A stretch of DNA of 64,000 nucleotides from Pirellulaceae bacterium (GTDB taxonomy: Bacteria > Planctomycetota > Planctomycetia > Pirellulales > Pirellulaceae). The notes below the pieces were generated by a model that made no database searches, was not told the origin of the DNA, and was given only the letters and a program-made list of their open reading frames with translations. The stretch covers positions 9,122-73,121 of the forward strand of contig JBBDYF010000260.1 in the NCBI GenBank assembly GCA_040901775.1, given 5' to 3'. Position numbers and translations under genes: made by a program. Positions 25,540-35,258 of this stretch are shown here, in pieces; position 1 is the first letter of the stretch, and each line of letters opens with the position of its first letter.

Positions 25540-27087
25540 CTAGCGTGATCGAGGGCCCTCCCAAGAATAAATGCTCGGCGAGCCGCCATAGGCGGGCCGC
25601 GCCGGTGCGGCCGGCATCGCGACGGCGGGCGGCAGCGGGGATGCTTCGGGATTCTGCCCCCGGATCGTGCTTTGCGGTTTGGGCTCGGCTGCGATATTGC
25701 CGACCGAGTTGGCGTCGGGCGGCCGCACGGCGACTCGCGGTGGATCCCCTTGCTGCGGATCGACTTCGAACAATTGCGAGGCCTTCAACCGTCGCTCGGC
25801 GTCGCGGATTTTGCGGGTGTCCATGATGTCGCCCGGCCGCATTCCCAGTCGGTTCAACACGGTCGTCTGGCGGGTGTGGGGGAACTCGCCGCCGATGTTG
25901 ACATTGATCTCGCCGACGCGGAAGACCTCCCCTTCCTGGATGCGATAGACCAGGTCGAGCTGTCCCGGCTCTTCCAGGAATCGCGGGTCGGCCTGCACGT
26001 CGGCAAAGACGTGCCCCTGGCTGCCGTACAGATCGACGATCGTGCTCAGATCGCGGTTCATCTCGGCCTGGTTGAAATGCTTGCCGCTCTTGAGCGTCAG
26101 AAAATCGAGCAACGGGCCGCTGGCGAACTTGCCGTTCCCTTCGACCGAAACGTCCCGCACCACGTAGCGCGGCCCTTCGTCGATGATGAACTTGAGCGTC
26201 AGCCACTTGCCGGCGTCGTCGAACTGGAGCTCGCGGCCGATCCGCGCCCGGAAGTAGCCCAGGCTGCGGTAATAGGCGGTGATCTTTTCCACGTCGGAGT
26301 CGATTTTTGCCCGATCGACCTTGCCGCGGAAGAAGTGCCACAAAAAACCGGGCTTCGATTCGATCTGCGTCCGCAGCCGGGCATCGCTGGCGATCGAGTT
26401 TCCCTCGAACACCGTCGAAGCAATCCGTTCGAGCTGTCCCTCGTTGACGACCAAGACCAGCCCTTGGTCTTCTTTCTGGTCCCCTTCCAAGAGCGTCACC
26501 GTGGTGTTGGGAAAGCCGTTGGTCCGATACAACTCTTCGATTTTTCGGCGGGCTTCCTGGGCCGAATAGGCATTCAGCGGATCGCCTACCTTCAGGCCGT
26601 GCTCTTTACCCAGGGCCTTGTCGCTTTGCCCCCGGTTGCCGAGATAGCGGATGTAGTTGATGCGGGGCCGCTCGAACACCTCGTACACGACGACCACGCC
26701 CCCGTTTGCCTGGCGGGTATAGGTCTTCACGTCGCGGAAGAGGCCCGTTTGCAGCAGACGGCGGACGTCTCCCTGGACCAACTCGGCGTCGAACTCGCGG
26801 TCCCGCCGCGTTTGAATACTTTGCTGAACCTGGTAGTCCTTGGTCGAGGCATTGCCCGTCACCTCGACCTCGACGACCAACTGCCGCGGGCCGGGCTGCA
26901 CCTGCGCGGGATCGGGTTGCGGCCCAGCGGGCGCCGGTGCCGCCAGCGGCTGGGCCAACTCTGGCCCCAACGAATAACCTTGGGCCAGCGCAATCTGCGG
27001 CGCACCCAATAGCAAAGCCAGCAGGCCGCTCCGTAGCAGTCCCGCCGCGGGCGAGTCGCGATGAGGCATCCTGTCCCAGATCAACAT
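25540..27087 (-). CDS. Secreted POTRA-repeat protein corresponding to the BamA N-terminal periplasmic region (N-terminal half of a split BamA)
   Basis: Signal peptide MPHRDSPAAGLLRSGLLALLLGAPQIALAQ; ~5 POTRA-like units (QLVVEVEVTGNASTKDYQVQQSI..., INYIRYLGNRGQSDKALGKEHGLKVGDP..., VVRDVSVEGNGKFASGPLLDFL...); Pro-rich C-tail; TAG stop 50 bp before the barrel gene's start. Confidence 0.75.
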   Translation of the reverse strand: MLIWDRMPHRDSPAAGLLRSGLLALLLGAPQIALAQGYSLGPELAQPLAAPAPAGPQPDPAQVQPGPRQLVVEVEVTGNASTKDYQVQQSIQTRRDREFDAELVQGDVRRLLQTGLFRDVKTYTRQANGGVVVVYEVFERPRINYIRYLGNRGQSDKALGKEHGLKVGDPLNAYSAQEARRKIEELYRTNGFPNTTVTLLEGDQKEDQGLVLVVNEGQLERIASTVFEGNSIASDARLRTQIESKPGFLWHFFRGKVDRAKIDSDVEKITAYYRSLGYFRARIGRELQFDDAGKWLTLKFIIDEGPRYVVRDVSVEGNGKFASGPLLDFLTLKSGKHFNQAEMNRDLSTIVDLYGSQGHVFADVQADPRFLEEPGQLDLVYRIQEGEVFRVGEINVNIGGEFPHTRQTTVLNRLGMRPGDIMDTRKIRDAERRLKASQLFEVDPQQGDPPRVAVRPPDANSVGNIAAEPKPQSTIRGQNPEASPLPPAVAMPAAPARPAYGGSPSIYSWEGPRSR

Positions 27088-27566
27088 AAAGGACGGACCT
27101 TATTACTACAGCGCTGAGTCGAGGTTTTGATCGTTCATGAACTGCTAGCACGTGATAGAAACGTGAGCAAATCGCCAGCTAGCGATCGGCTGCTAGCGGG
27201 CAAGAAACGGAACCTGGCGTTGTAGTATTATGACGGACATGGAAAAGGCGTGACAAGCTGCCGACTGGAAGCGACTTGCGCTTGGCGCGCAACGAGGTTG
27301 CCCGCCGGAAGTTTCCCCGGCCAAAGGCCGCGTATGAATACTGAAACGGCGACAGAGCCGCAAGGCGAGTTTCAGCAAGCGGTGCGCGAGCGAGCATCGG
27401 GCCGTGAACGGTTACGCATCGGGCATAATCGCTTCGGAAAATGCTTCGCCTTGCTTTTGATATCGCCGTAAGCGATTACGCGGCAATCACTTGGGGCCGA
27501 TTCCATCAGTCCCTTGGGGTCACTGGTACATTTCGCGGTGCATCGCGGCGCTCGGTAGCCGATTGC

Positions 27567-28949
27567 CTACTTGCTTTCGAGACGCGCACGCTCGGGCAGT
27601 TTCGCGGCCTCCTCGGTCAGTAGGTTGATCTGGCCGGGGCGTTTGTCGAGAACGAAGGCGTCGTACACCTGGCCGACGGCGGTGCGGGCCTCGTAACGCA
27701 GGCGGTCGCCATCAATGTGAATGATTTGATAGAGCTGCGTCGCCTCGGCCGAGCGCTTCATAAACGGATGCGCCTGCAGCTTGTACATCTTGGGACCGCT
27801 GACCGACACGACATAGACCGTTCCCGTTTTCGCTGCCACCTGGCTGACGCCGGTCGGCACGTTGCCGATCGTTTCGGGCATGGCCAGCGGCGTTTCCAGG
27901 CCGGTCCGGCCGTAGGTGTGGTCGTGCCCTTGCAACACCAGATCGACGCGGTACTTGTCCAGAATCGGCTTCCACGAGTTGCGGAGAGCCGGGTTGTCCC
28001 GGTTTTGCCCGGTCGAAAAAATCGGGTGATGGAACGTGCAAACCACCCACGGCGACTTGTTCTCGGCCAGCACCTCGTCGAGCCAGGCCGCCTGCGCATC
28101 GAGCTGGGTGTTGCTGTTCAGGCCGATGATCCGCAAGTTCTGATAGACGAGCGTGTAGCACGTTTCTTCCAGACCCTGCGGACCGTTTTCGGGCAGCGTG
28201 AACTGCGGCCGCCAATGATGCGATAACCGGCGGCTGCCGTCGCCGTCACGAGCCTGCTCGTGGTTGCCGGGAACCGGCACGCTGGGGACCATCGCATTGA
28301 GCCAGTGCCCCGCGCCAAACCACTCGCCCCATTCGGCGTCGGATTCGGCCCGATTGATCAGGTCGCCGGCGTGGATCATGAAGCGGGCCTTCGGCGCGTC
28401 GCGGTGCGCCTCGCGAATGACCCGCGACCACATCGACCGCACTTCGGTTTGCGCGTCGCCGAAGTAGATGAACGAAAAAGGATCCGGCCGGTCGCTGGCG
28501 GTCGAAAAGTGGAACCACTCGCTCCAGTTCACTCCGTCCCCCACGCGGTAGGCGTATTTTGTCGCGGGCGCAAGATCGGTGAACTCGACCGAGTGGTAGC
28601 GGGCGGTCGAGAGATCGGTCTGCAAGGTCTGCGACGTGGCTGCTTGTTCCTTCGCGGTTTTGCGAAACGCGGGATCGGCCGACGCCACGGCCAACTCGGC
28701 AAGCCCCCGTTTGGTCTCGGCCCAAGTCCGCCAGGTGACCGCCTGGCTGGTCGCGGGATCGCCCGACCAGGTGAGCACGATCCGGTCGGGCATGGCGGTT
28801 GGCCGATAGAATTCGGCGGGCTTCACTGCCACGGGTGGGTGATCGTGCCCCTCGTGTGCAGTCGCCAGCGACAGGGCCAGCAACAGGCCTCCCACCGCTC
28901 CGCACAACCAGCACCGCCCACGATTGGTTCGTCCAGCCTGGCTGCTCAT
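27567..28949 (-). CDS. Secreted calcineurin-like metallophosphoesterase (purple acid phosphatase-like)
   Basis: Signal peptide after MSSQAGRTNRGRCWLCGAVGGLLLALSLATA; N-terminal FN3-like domain; metallophosphatase motifs GDAQ, GDLINRAES, GNHE, FHHPIFS, GHDHTY. Confidence 0.8.
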   Translation of the reverse strand: MSSQAGRTNRGRCWLCGAVGGLLLALSLATAHEGHDHPPVAVKPAEFYRPTAMPDRIVLTWSGDPATSQAVTWRTWAETKRGLAELAVASADPAFRKTAKEQAATSQTLQTDLSTARYHSVEFTDLAPATKYAYRVGDGVNWSEWFHFSTASDRPDPFSFIYFGDAQTEVRSMWSRVIREAHRDAPKARFMIHAGDLINRAESDAEWGEWFGAGHWLNAMVPSVPVPGNHEQARDGDGSRRLSHHWRPQFTLPENGPQGLEETCYTLVYQNLRIIGLNSNTQLDAQAAWLDEVLAENKSPWVVCTFHHPIFSTGQNRDNPALRNSWKPILDKYRVDLVLQGHDHTYGRTGLETPLAMPETIGNVPTGVSQVAAKTGTVYVVSVSGPKMYKLQAHPFMKRSAEATQLYQIIHIDGDRLRYEARTAVGQVYDAFVLDKRPGQINLLTEEAAKLPERARLESK

Positions 28950-29277
28950 GCGTTTGTCCTTGTACTTGTATCCGTCCTCAATTCGAGCCTGGAAGCAATG
29001 TAACTCCCCAGTGCAGCGCCCGGCTAGCAACTATCCGATTTTGTTGCCGGCCGGTATAAAGGATTTCGGCGGCTCGAGCATTCTTCCTGGCCGCGACACG
29101 CCTTCGCCGAACCATTTTGCTGGCATGACTTTGACGACGCTCTTGCCTTCCACCACGCCGGCTGCAAGCTCGCCTGCGGGCGAGTCCCCGCACCGCTTGC
29201 CGCCAGATGGCCCACAAAACGCCACCAAGGCGTCTACCTTGTCCGCAGCTTACCCCGCTTTGCATTGCCTGACGGGC

Positions 29278-30243
29278 GTGCAAATCCTGTCGGTCGGCGC
29301 GTACGCTCCGCCCGAAGTGGTGACCAACGCCGATCTGGCGTCGCTGGGTTGCGATGCGGAGTGGATCGTGCAGCGCACGGGGATTCGCGAGCGACGCCGG
29401 GCTGCCGCGGATGTTGCTACCAGCGACCTGGCCTACGAGGCGGCCGTGCGGTGTTTGCAGCGCGCAGGGGTGAGCATCGATCAGGTCGATCTGATCGTTC
29501 TAGCCACCATGACGCCCGATAGTCCCACTCCCTCGACCGCTTGCCAGATGCAGCGGCGACTCGGCGGACGCGCCCCGGCGTTCGATGTGTCGGCCGCCTG
29601 CGCCGGCTTCATGTTCGCCTTGGTCACTGGCATGCAGTTCGTAAAAACGGGCTGCGCCCGGCGGGTGCTGGTCGTCGGAGCCGACTTGATGACGCGGGTC
29701 GTCGATCCGGCCGACAAAAAAATCTTTCCCCTGTTTGGCGACGGGGCAGGCGCCGTCCTGCTCGGGCCGGGCGACGAAGATCAAGGCTTGCTGTCGTATT
29801 CCCTGGGGGCCGACGGGAGCGGCGCTAGCCTTTTGCAAACGTACGCAGGCGGCACGCGCGAACCGCTGACCGCCGAGGGGATCGCTGCCGGCCGCCAGTA
29901 CATGCAGATGGAGGGGCGGGCGGTCTTCAAGTGGGCCGTACACCTGCTAGTCGATTCGATCCGCGAATGCTTGGGCGCGGCCGGGCTGACCCCCGCCGAA
30001 CTTGACTGTCTCGTTTTGCATCAGGCCAACCACCGCATTCTTACAGCGGCAGCCGACGCGCTGGAGATCCCGCCCGAGAAACTGGCGATCAACCTAGACC
30101 GCTACGGCAACACCTCGGCGGCCAGCATTCCGCTGGTCCTCGACGAGTTGCAAACCGCCGGCCGCCTCCGCCGCGGCGACCACATTCTCATCTCCGGCTT
30201 CGGGGCCGGCCTGGCCTGGGGTACGGGGGTTTTCCGGTGGTGA
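29278..30243 (+). CDS. fabH: 3-oxoacyl-ACP synthase III (FabH/KAS III); start GTG 29278 (alternative ATG 29125 would add a low-complexity 51-aa extension)
   Basis: N-terminus VQILSVGAYAPPEVVTNADL, active-site Cys in SAACAGFMFAL, His/Asn motifs LHQANHRI and GNTSAASIPL. Confidence 0.8.
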   Translation: MQILSVGAYAPPEVVTNADLASLGCDAEWIVQRTGIRERRRAAADVATSDLAYEAAVRCLQRAGVSIDQVDLIVLATMTPDSPTPSTACQMQRRLGGRAPAFDVSAACAGFMFALVTGMQFVKTGCARRVLVVGADLMTRVVDPADKKIFPLFGDGAGAVLLGPGDEDQGLLSYSLGADGSGASLLQTYAGGTREPLTAEGIAAGRQYMQMEGRAVFKWAVHLLVDSIRECLGAAGLTPAELDCLVLHQANHRILTAAADALEIPPEKLAINLDRYGNTSAASIPLVLDELQTAGRLRRGDHILISGFGAGLAWGTGVFRW

Positions 30244-30311
30244 GTCGCGATTGAGTCGGCGAGGACGCAAGTTTCGCGCAACACCGGCTCTCGGTGGGCT
30301 AATATAAGCAG

Positions 30312-30968
30312 ATGAAGTTATTTCCCATTCTCCTCGTGATTGCCGGAACCTACGGCCTCTTTCACGTCACCATCCAATCGTTTCGACATGTGTTCGTGCT
30401 GCTGGTCGAGCCCCGGACCTCGGTGCTCGACAAGTACGAGCCGGCCCAGCGCGAGGTGGACGAGGCCAAAAGCCTGGACGAGTTGGTCGCCCCGTATGAC
30501 GATGCCCGAGCCCGGGTCAAGGCCTGGGAGCAGGGCAAAACGGCTGCCGAAATCCAGGACCGACAATGGGACGAACCCTATCTCACGGCCAACCGGCTCA
30601 AAGAGGCAGTCCAGACGTGGGAAGAACATCACCGGCAAATCCGCGAGCTCAATTTCTATTGGTGGTGCGGACTGGCTTGCTACATCGCGGGGCAGGCGGT
30701 CTATCGCCGCTGGCACCCGCTGCTCGGCATGGCGTTCTTCCTGGTCGCCTTTGCGGAGATGATCTACTGGACCAGCCCGGCAATAGGGGGTTGGAGCGGT
30801 GGCGAAGAATTCTCGCGGCTTGTCCTTTGGAAGCTGCTCTATTCGCTGGCGACGCTCGGCCTGATCTTGGCGGGGTGGTCGTGGACGATCATCCCCAGCC
30901 TTCGCGCCGCAGCGGCGGCGGATAGGGCCGCGAAGTGCAACGCAGCGGCCGCTGGCTCCGCCCCTTGA
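30312..30968 (+). CDS. Hypothetical integral membrane protein (about 4 TM helices)
   Basis: 218-aa ORF with hydrophobic segments (ILLVIAGTYGLF, WWCGLACYIAGQAV, LLGMAFFLVAFAEMIYW, LATLGLILAGWSW); 5' end visibly AT-richer than its surroundings. Confidence 0.55.
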   Translation: MKLFPILLVIAGTYGLFHVTIQSFRHVFVLLVEPRTSVLDKYEPAQREVDEAKSLDELVAPYDDARARVKAWEQGKTAAEIQDRQWDEPYLTANRLKEAVQTWEEHHRQIRELNFYWWCGLACYIAGQAVYRRWHPLLGMAFFLVAFAEMIYWTSPAIGGWSGGEEFSRLVLWKLLYSLATLGLILAGWSWTIIPSLRAAAAADRAAKCNAAAAGSAP

Positions 30969-31328
30969 CTTTTGGTGTACGTTTGATACAAATAGGATCG
31001 CTTGCAACGGCGTTGGCTGCGATCGTACGAACGATCGACGCGGGGCCATTTGTGCCAGGGGTGGCCGAAGCGAGTGCCGCGCTTAAACTGCATAACTTGC
31101 ATAAGTGCAGAGTCCCGTTTTCAGACATAAACCATTATGGAATAATGTCTTGCGACGAATAAATGACCTGAAAAAAGCTTGCGTTATGCATGCATAGGAT
31201 GCCGTCGCGGCTCGCGTTGGAAGGTCAAGGACGCGGAGCGTCGGGGGCGTGCGTTCCCACGCAGAGCGTAGGTACGAGAGAATCTGAAATCTGAAGTCCC
31301 TAAAATCTGAAATCCTAAAATCGCCACG

Positions 31329-33134
31329 ATGCCCAAAGTCCTTCGCCTCCCCGCCCGTTCCGCCGTCAAGCCAGCCGATACCTGGGATCTATCCGCCTTG
31401 TGCGACAGCGACGCCGCTTGGGCCACGCTCTTTCAAAAGCTCGACAAGCAAATCGCCGGCTTCGCCAAGTTCCGCGGCAAGCTGGGCGAAAGCGCGAAGT
31501 CGCTGGCCGCCTGCCTGAAGTTCGATGCCGAGTTCGATCGCCTGGCCGAGCGCGTCGGCGGTTATGCCCATCTCAAAATCACCGAGGACCAGGCCAACAG
31601 CGATTATCAGGCGATGATCGCTCGCTTTTCCAACCTGGCGACGCGGGCCGCGCAAGCCGCCAGCTACATCCGGCCCGAAATCCTGACGCTTCCCAAGAAG
31701 ACGATCGACCAGTACCTGGCCGCCAAAGAGCTGGCCCCCTATCGGCTGGCGCTGGAGCGGCTGCTGCGGTACAAGCCGTACACGCTGAACGAGCGGGAGG
31801 AAGAGTTGCTCGCCATGCAGGGAGAAATGGCCGAGGCAGCCCGCAAGGCGTTCCGTCAGTTGCTCGATGCCGACATGAAATTCGGCCTCGTGAAGAACGA
31901 AAAGGGAGAGCAGGTCGAATTGTCGAACTCGACGTTCAGCCGGCTGCTGGTCTCGCCCGAGCGGAGCGTGCGAAAAAATGCCTTTCACAAGTATTACGAG
32001 CAGTTCACCGGGCACGAAAACACGCTGACGGCGACGCTGGCTGGCTCGATCCATAAAGATGCGTACTACGCCAAGGCGCGAAACTATCCCAGCGCCCTGG
32101 CGGCGGCCCTGTTTCCCGACAACGTGCCCCAGTCGGTCTATGACAATCTGATTTCCGCCGTGCATAAGAACCTGCCGGCGGTGCATCGCTATTACGACGT
32201 GCGCCGGCGGAAGATGAAGCTCAAGGAGATTCATCACTACGACACCTACGTGCCAATTCTCAGCGACCTCGAAGTCAAGCGGAACTGGAACCAAGCGGTC
32301 AAACTGGTCATCGGCGCTTTGCAGCCGCTGGGGAGCGAATACTGCTCGGTGCTCGAACAGGGGCTGCTCGACGGCCGCTGGTGCGACCGCTATCCCAACC
32401 AGGGGAAGCAGAGCGGCGCCTTTTCGAGCGGCAGCTTCGACAGCCCGCCTTACATCCTGATGAATTACAGCCCGGATGTTTTCAACGACGTGTTCACGCT
32501 GGCGCACGAGGCGGGGCACTCGATGCACACCTGGCATTCGGCCCGTAAGCAGCCGTACCAGTATTATGGCTACGTGATCTTCGTGGCCGAGGTGGCAAGC
32601 ACCTTCAATGAAATGCTTTTGAGTCACCACCTGCTCGAAAACGCGCGGGACGACCGGCAGCGAGCCTATCTGGTCAACCGCGAGATCGACGACATTCGCA
32701 GCACCGTCGTCCGGCAGACGATGTTTGCCGAGTTCGAGCAAATCACCCATGCCATGGCCGAGGCGGGCGAGCCCTTGACGGTGCAGTCGTTCAAAGATGT
32801 GTATCGCAAGCTGCTCGAAACATACTTTGGTCCCGACTTCACTCTGGACGACGAGCTATCGCTCGAATGCCTGCGGATTCCGCACTTTTATCGGGCCTTC
32901 TATGTCTATAAGTACGCCACGGGGATGAGCGCGGCGATCGCCCTCAGCCAGCGCGTGCTGACCGGGGGCAAAAAAGAACTGGCCGACTATCTCGGCTTCC
33001 TCTCGACGGGCTGCTCGAAAGATCCGCTCGATTTGTTGCGCGACGCCGGCGTCGATATGCAGCGCCCCGAGCCGGTCGATACGGCCCTGGCCTACTTCGG
33101 CAAGCTGGTGGACGAACTGGACGAGCTGCTGTAA
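31329..33134 (+). CDS. pepF: Oligoendopeptidase F (M3B family)
   Basis: 601 aa; zinc motif HEAGHSMH; M3 family conservation across the length. Confidence 0.9.
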   Translation: MPKVLRLPARSAVKPADTWDLSALCDSDAAWATLFQKLDKQIAGFAKFRGKLGESAKSLAACLKFDAEFDRLAERVGGYAHLKITEDQANSDYQAMIARFSNLATRAAQAASYIRPEILTLPKKTIDQYLAAKELAPYRLALERLLRYKPYTLNEREEELLAMQGEMAEAARKAFRQLLDADMKFGLVKNEKGEQVELSNSTFSRLLVSPERSVRKNAFHKYYEQFTGHENTLTATLAGSIHKDAYYAKARNYPSALAAALFPDNVPQSVYDNLISAVHKNLPAVHRYYDVRRRKMKLKEIHHYDTYVPILSDLEVKRNWNQAVKLVIGALQPLGSEYCSVLEQGLLDGRWCDRYPNQGKQSGAFSSGSFDSPPYILMNYSPDVFNDVFTLAHEAGHSMHTWHSARKQPYQYYGYVIFVAEVASTFNEMLLSHHLLENARDDRQRAYLVNREIDDIRSTVVRQTMFAEFEQITHAMAEAGEPLTVQSFKDVYRKLLETYFGPDFTLDDELSLECLRIPHFYRAFYVYKYATGMSAAIALSQRVLTGGKKELADYLGFLSTGCSKDPLDLLRDAGVDMQRPEPVDTALAYFGKLVDELDELL

Positions 33135-33142
33135 GGCGGGAG

Positions 33143-34483
33143 CTACGCGGTCTTCCAGAAGCCTCCCCGGCTGTGGTCGAACTGCGCTTCCTGGCCGCGG
33201 ATCGCCGGGTTGAACTGCCCGTCCCGAAAGACTTCCTGTCCCATAACCCAGGTGCGGACGGGCCAGCCGGTGAGGGAGACCCCGTGCCACGGCGACCAGC
33301 GCGATTTCGTCTCCTGCGCTTCATTCAGCACGGTGGCGGTCTTGTTCAAATCGACGAGGACCAGGTCGGCATCGTAGCCAATTTCGATCCGTCCCTTGCC
33401 GACGATATCCCAGACGCGGGCCGGTGCGTCGCACATCCAGCGGACGACTTGCTCGAGGGTGCAGCGGCCATTTGTCACTTCGTTGAGCAACAGGGCCAGC
33501 GAGTTCTCGACCGCCGGCAAGCCCGAAGGGGAACCGCCGTGCGTCGGCGAATAGGGCTGTTGTTTCTCTTCCAGTGTGTGCGGCGCATGATCGGTGGCGA
33601 TCACCTGAATGCGGCCCTCTTGCAAAGCTTGCCACAGGCGGCGGTTGTCGTCGGCCGTTTTCAGCGAGGGATTCATCTGGACGAGCGTTCCCAGCCGGGC
33701 GTAGTCGTCGATGTTGAAAAACAAGTGATGCGGGCAGACCTCGGCGGTAATCAGGTCGCGATGATTGGCCAGCAGGTCGGCTTCGTCGCCGGTCGAAACG
33801 TGCAGCACATGAAACCGATGCCGATGGCGAAAGGCCAGATCGATTGCCCGCCGCGTGGCAACGATCGCCGCCCGGTGATCGCGCACCCGGCTGTGATCGG
33901 CGACGTTGGTGCTCCCCGCCAGACGGGCGGCATTGGCGCGCACCGTCGCTTCATCTTCGCAGTGGGCACAGATCGGCAGCGTCGTTTCGGCAAAGATCGC
34001 CTCGAGCGCGGCCTGCTCGTCCACGAGCAACTCGCCCGTACTCGAACCGATGAAAATCTTGATCCCCGGCGTGCGCTGGGCCCGCTTTAGCTCCGCCAGG
34101 TTCTGGCCCGTCGCCCCGATATAGAAGCCGTAGTTCACCAGGCACTTGCTGGCCGCCAGGGCGAGCTTTTCGTGCAAGCGCTCGACGGTCGTGGTGGTTG
34201 GCAAGGTGTTGGGCATTTCCAGGAAGGTGGTCACGCCCCCCTTGGCGCAGGCCCGCGTCGCCGCGCTCAGGTCTTCCTTGTGCGTCAGCCCCGGCTCGCG
34301 GAAATGGACCTGGTCGTCGATCGCCCCCGGCAACAAGTGCAAGCCGCGGGCCGATACCACTTCGTCCGCAGCGGCATGGTCGGCTGCATCGATGGCGGCA
34401 ATGCGGCGATCCTCCACGAGGACATTAGTCCGCACCGAACCCGTTGGCAGAACGACGGTTGCATCGCGAATAAGTGTTTTCAC
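33143..34483 (-). CDS. Cyclic amidohydrolase, dihydroorotase/allantoinase-like; start likely GTG 34483 after GGAG (longest ORF reaches 34666)
   Basis: [14 protein letters not shown] start region typical of dihydroorotases; HxH motif ([10 protein letters not shown]), ...FLEMPNT..., ...TDHAPH... metal ligands. Confidence 0.75.
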   Translation of the reverse strand: MKTLIRDATVVLPTGSVRTNVLVEDRRIAAIDAADHAAADEVVSARGLHLLPGAIDDQVHFREPGLTHKEDLSAATRACAKGGVTTFLEMPNTLPTTTTVERLHEKLALAASKCLVNYGFYIGATGQNLAELKRAQRTPGIKIFIGSSTGELLVDEQAALEAIFAETTLPICAHCEDEATVRANAARLAGSTNVADHSRVRDHRAAIVATRRAIDLAFRHRHRFHVLHVSTGDEADLLANHRDLITAEVCPHHLFFNIDDYARLGTLVQMNPSLKTADDNRRLWQALQEGRIQVIATDHAPHTLEEKQQPYSPTHGGSPSGLPAVENSLALLLNEVTNGRCTLEQVVRWMCDAPARVWDIVGKGRIEIGYDADLVLVDLNKTATVLNEAQETKSRWSPWHGVSLTGWPVRTWVMGQEVFRDGQFNPAIRGQEAQFDHSRGGFWKTA

Positions 34484-34727
34484 CTGGCCAATCTCCGCTA
34501 GTGCCGCTGGTAACAATTTCTGGTCGTTTGTGCCTGAATCATTACCCAAGAGGGCAATGGGAACAACCGCGAGAGAAGGGACCAGAGGGGATGCTTGGCG
34601 TGGCGACAGATAACCGGCCCGAGCCGGCATAAGCCGCACAATCGCGCTGCGGTCCAGGCCAGGCATGTTCTACACTTGGTAGCGGACGGAACCTGTTTTC
34701 GCCCCTTTGTCTATCGCGACGCCGGAC

Positions 34728-35258
34728 ATGTTAGTTGCCCGCTTACGTTTGGTGCTGGTCAACGCGCTGATCGCCGTCATTCTGGCGGTGGTGCTGCTCG
34801 ACGCCCTGCCACAAGCTCCGGCCGCTTTGGGCGACCTGGTGAGGCCGCTCGCCCGGCGGGTTGGCCTGGGGCAGCATTGGCAGGTGTTCGCCCCCGATCC
34901 CGATAGCGTCAACATGCGTTTTCGAGCCGAGATCACCTATCGCGACGGCCAGACCGCGGTGTGGCGATCGCCCAATTGGCCGCAACAATCGGTCTGGGAG
35001 CGAATGGCGGGGCATCGCCGCGAAGAATGGCTCGACAACGGCTGGGGGCAGGAAGACTCGCCTGCTTGGCCGGGTTGGGCCCGCCATCTGGCCCGGCTGA
35101 TGCGGCCCGACGATCCCCAGGCCGATCGCGACGCCGAAGTGAAGATCGTCGTCGAACAATACTCGATTCCTCCCGCCAGCGATCGTCCGTGGCGCAGTTG
35201 GCGCGAGCCCTCCACGTTCGACGAATCGTGGACCCTGACGATCGAGAAGCTGCCATGA
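34728..35258 (+). CDS. Small membrane-anchored protein, translationally coupled to the HTTM gene (possible SdpA-like partner)
   Basis: Signal-anchor MLVARLRLVLVNALIAVILAVVLL; stop TGA overlaps the ATG of the next gene (ATGA at 35255-35258). Confidence 0.55.
   Translation: MLVARLRLVLVNALIAVILAVVLLDALPQAPAALGDLVRPLARRVGLGQHWQVFAPDPDSVNMRFRAEITYRDGQTAVWRSPNWPQQSVWERMAGHRREEWLDNGWGQEDSPAWPGWARHLARLMRPDDPQADRDAEVKIVVEQYSIPPASDRPWRSWREPSTFDESWTLTIEKLP

Noticed and set aside
23990-27012. 517-aa and 446-aa plus-strand ORFs (23990..25543, 25672..27012)
   Set aside because: Antisense to the two BamA-derived genes, which align to E. coli BamA; no motifs of their own.
23834-27087. Annotating BamA as one frameshifted pseudogene
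   Set aside because: Considered, but the downstream part re-initiates with an SD-TTG and a complete lipoprotein-type signal peptide, and the upstream part ends in a low-complexity tail at a clean stop. Kept as two genes, with the pseudogene alternative flagged in findings.
31389-32750. 453-aa minus-strand ORF
   Set aside because: Antisense to pepF (HEAGH zinc motif on the plus strand).
34483-34666. N-terminal 61-aa extension of the dihydroorotase-like gene ([10 protein letters not shown]...)
   Set aside because: Extension is low-complexity and precedes the conserved [10 protein letters not shown] start region; a GTG with GGAG lies exactly at the conserved start.
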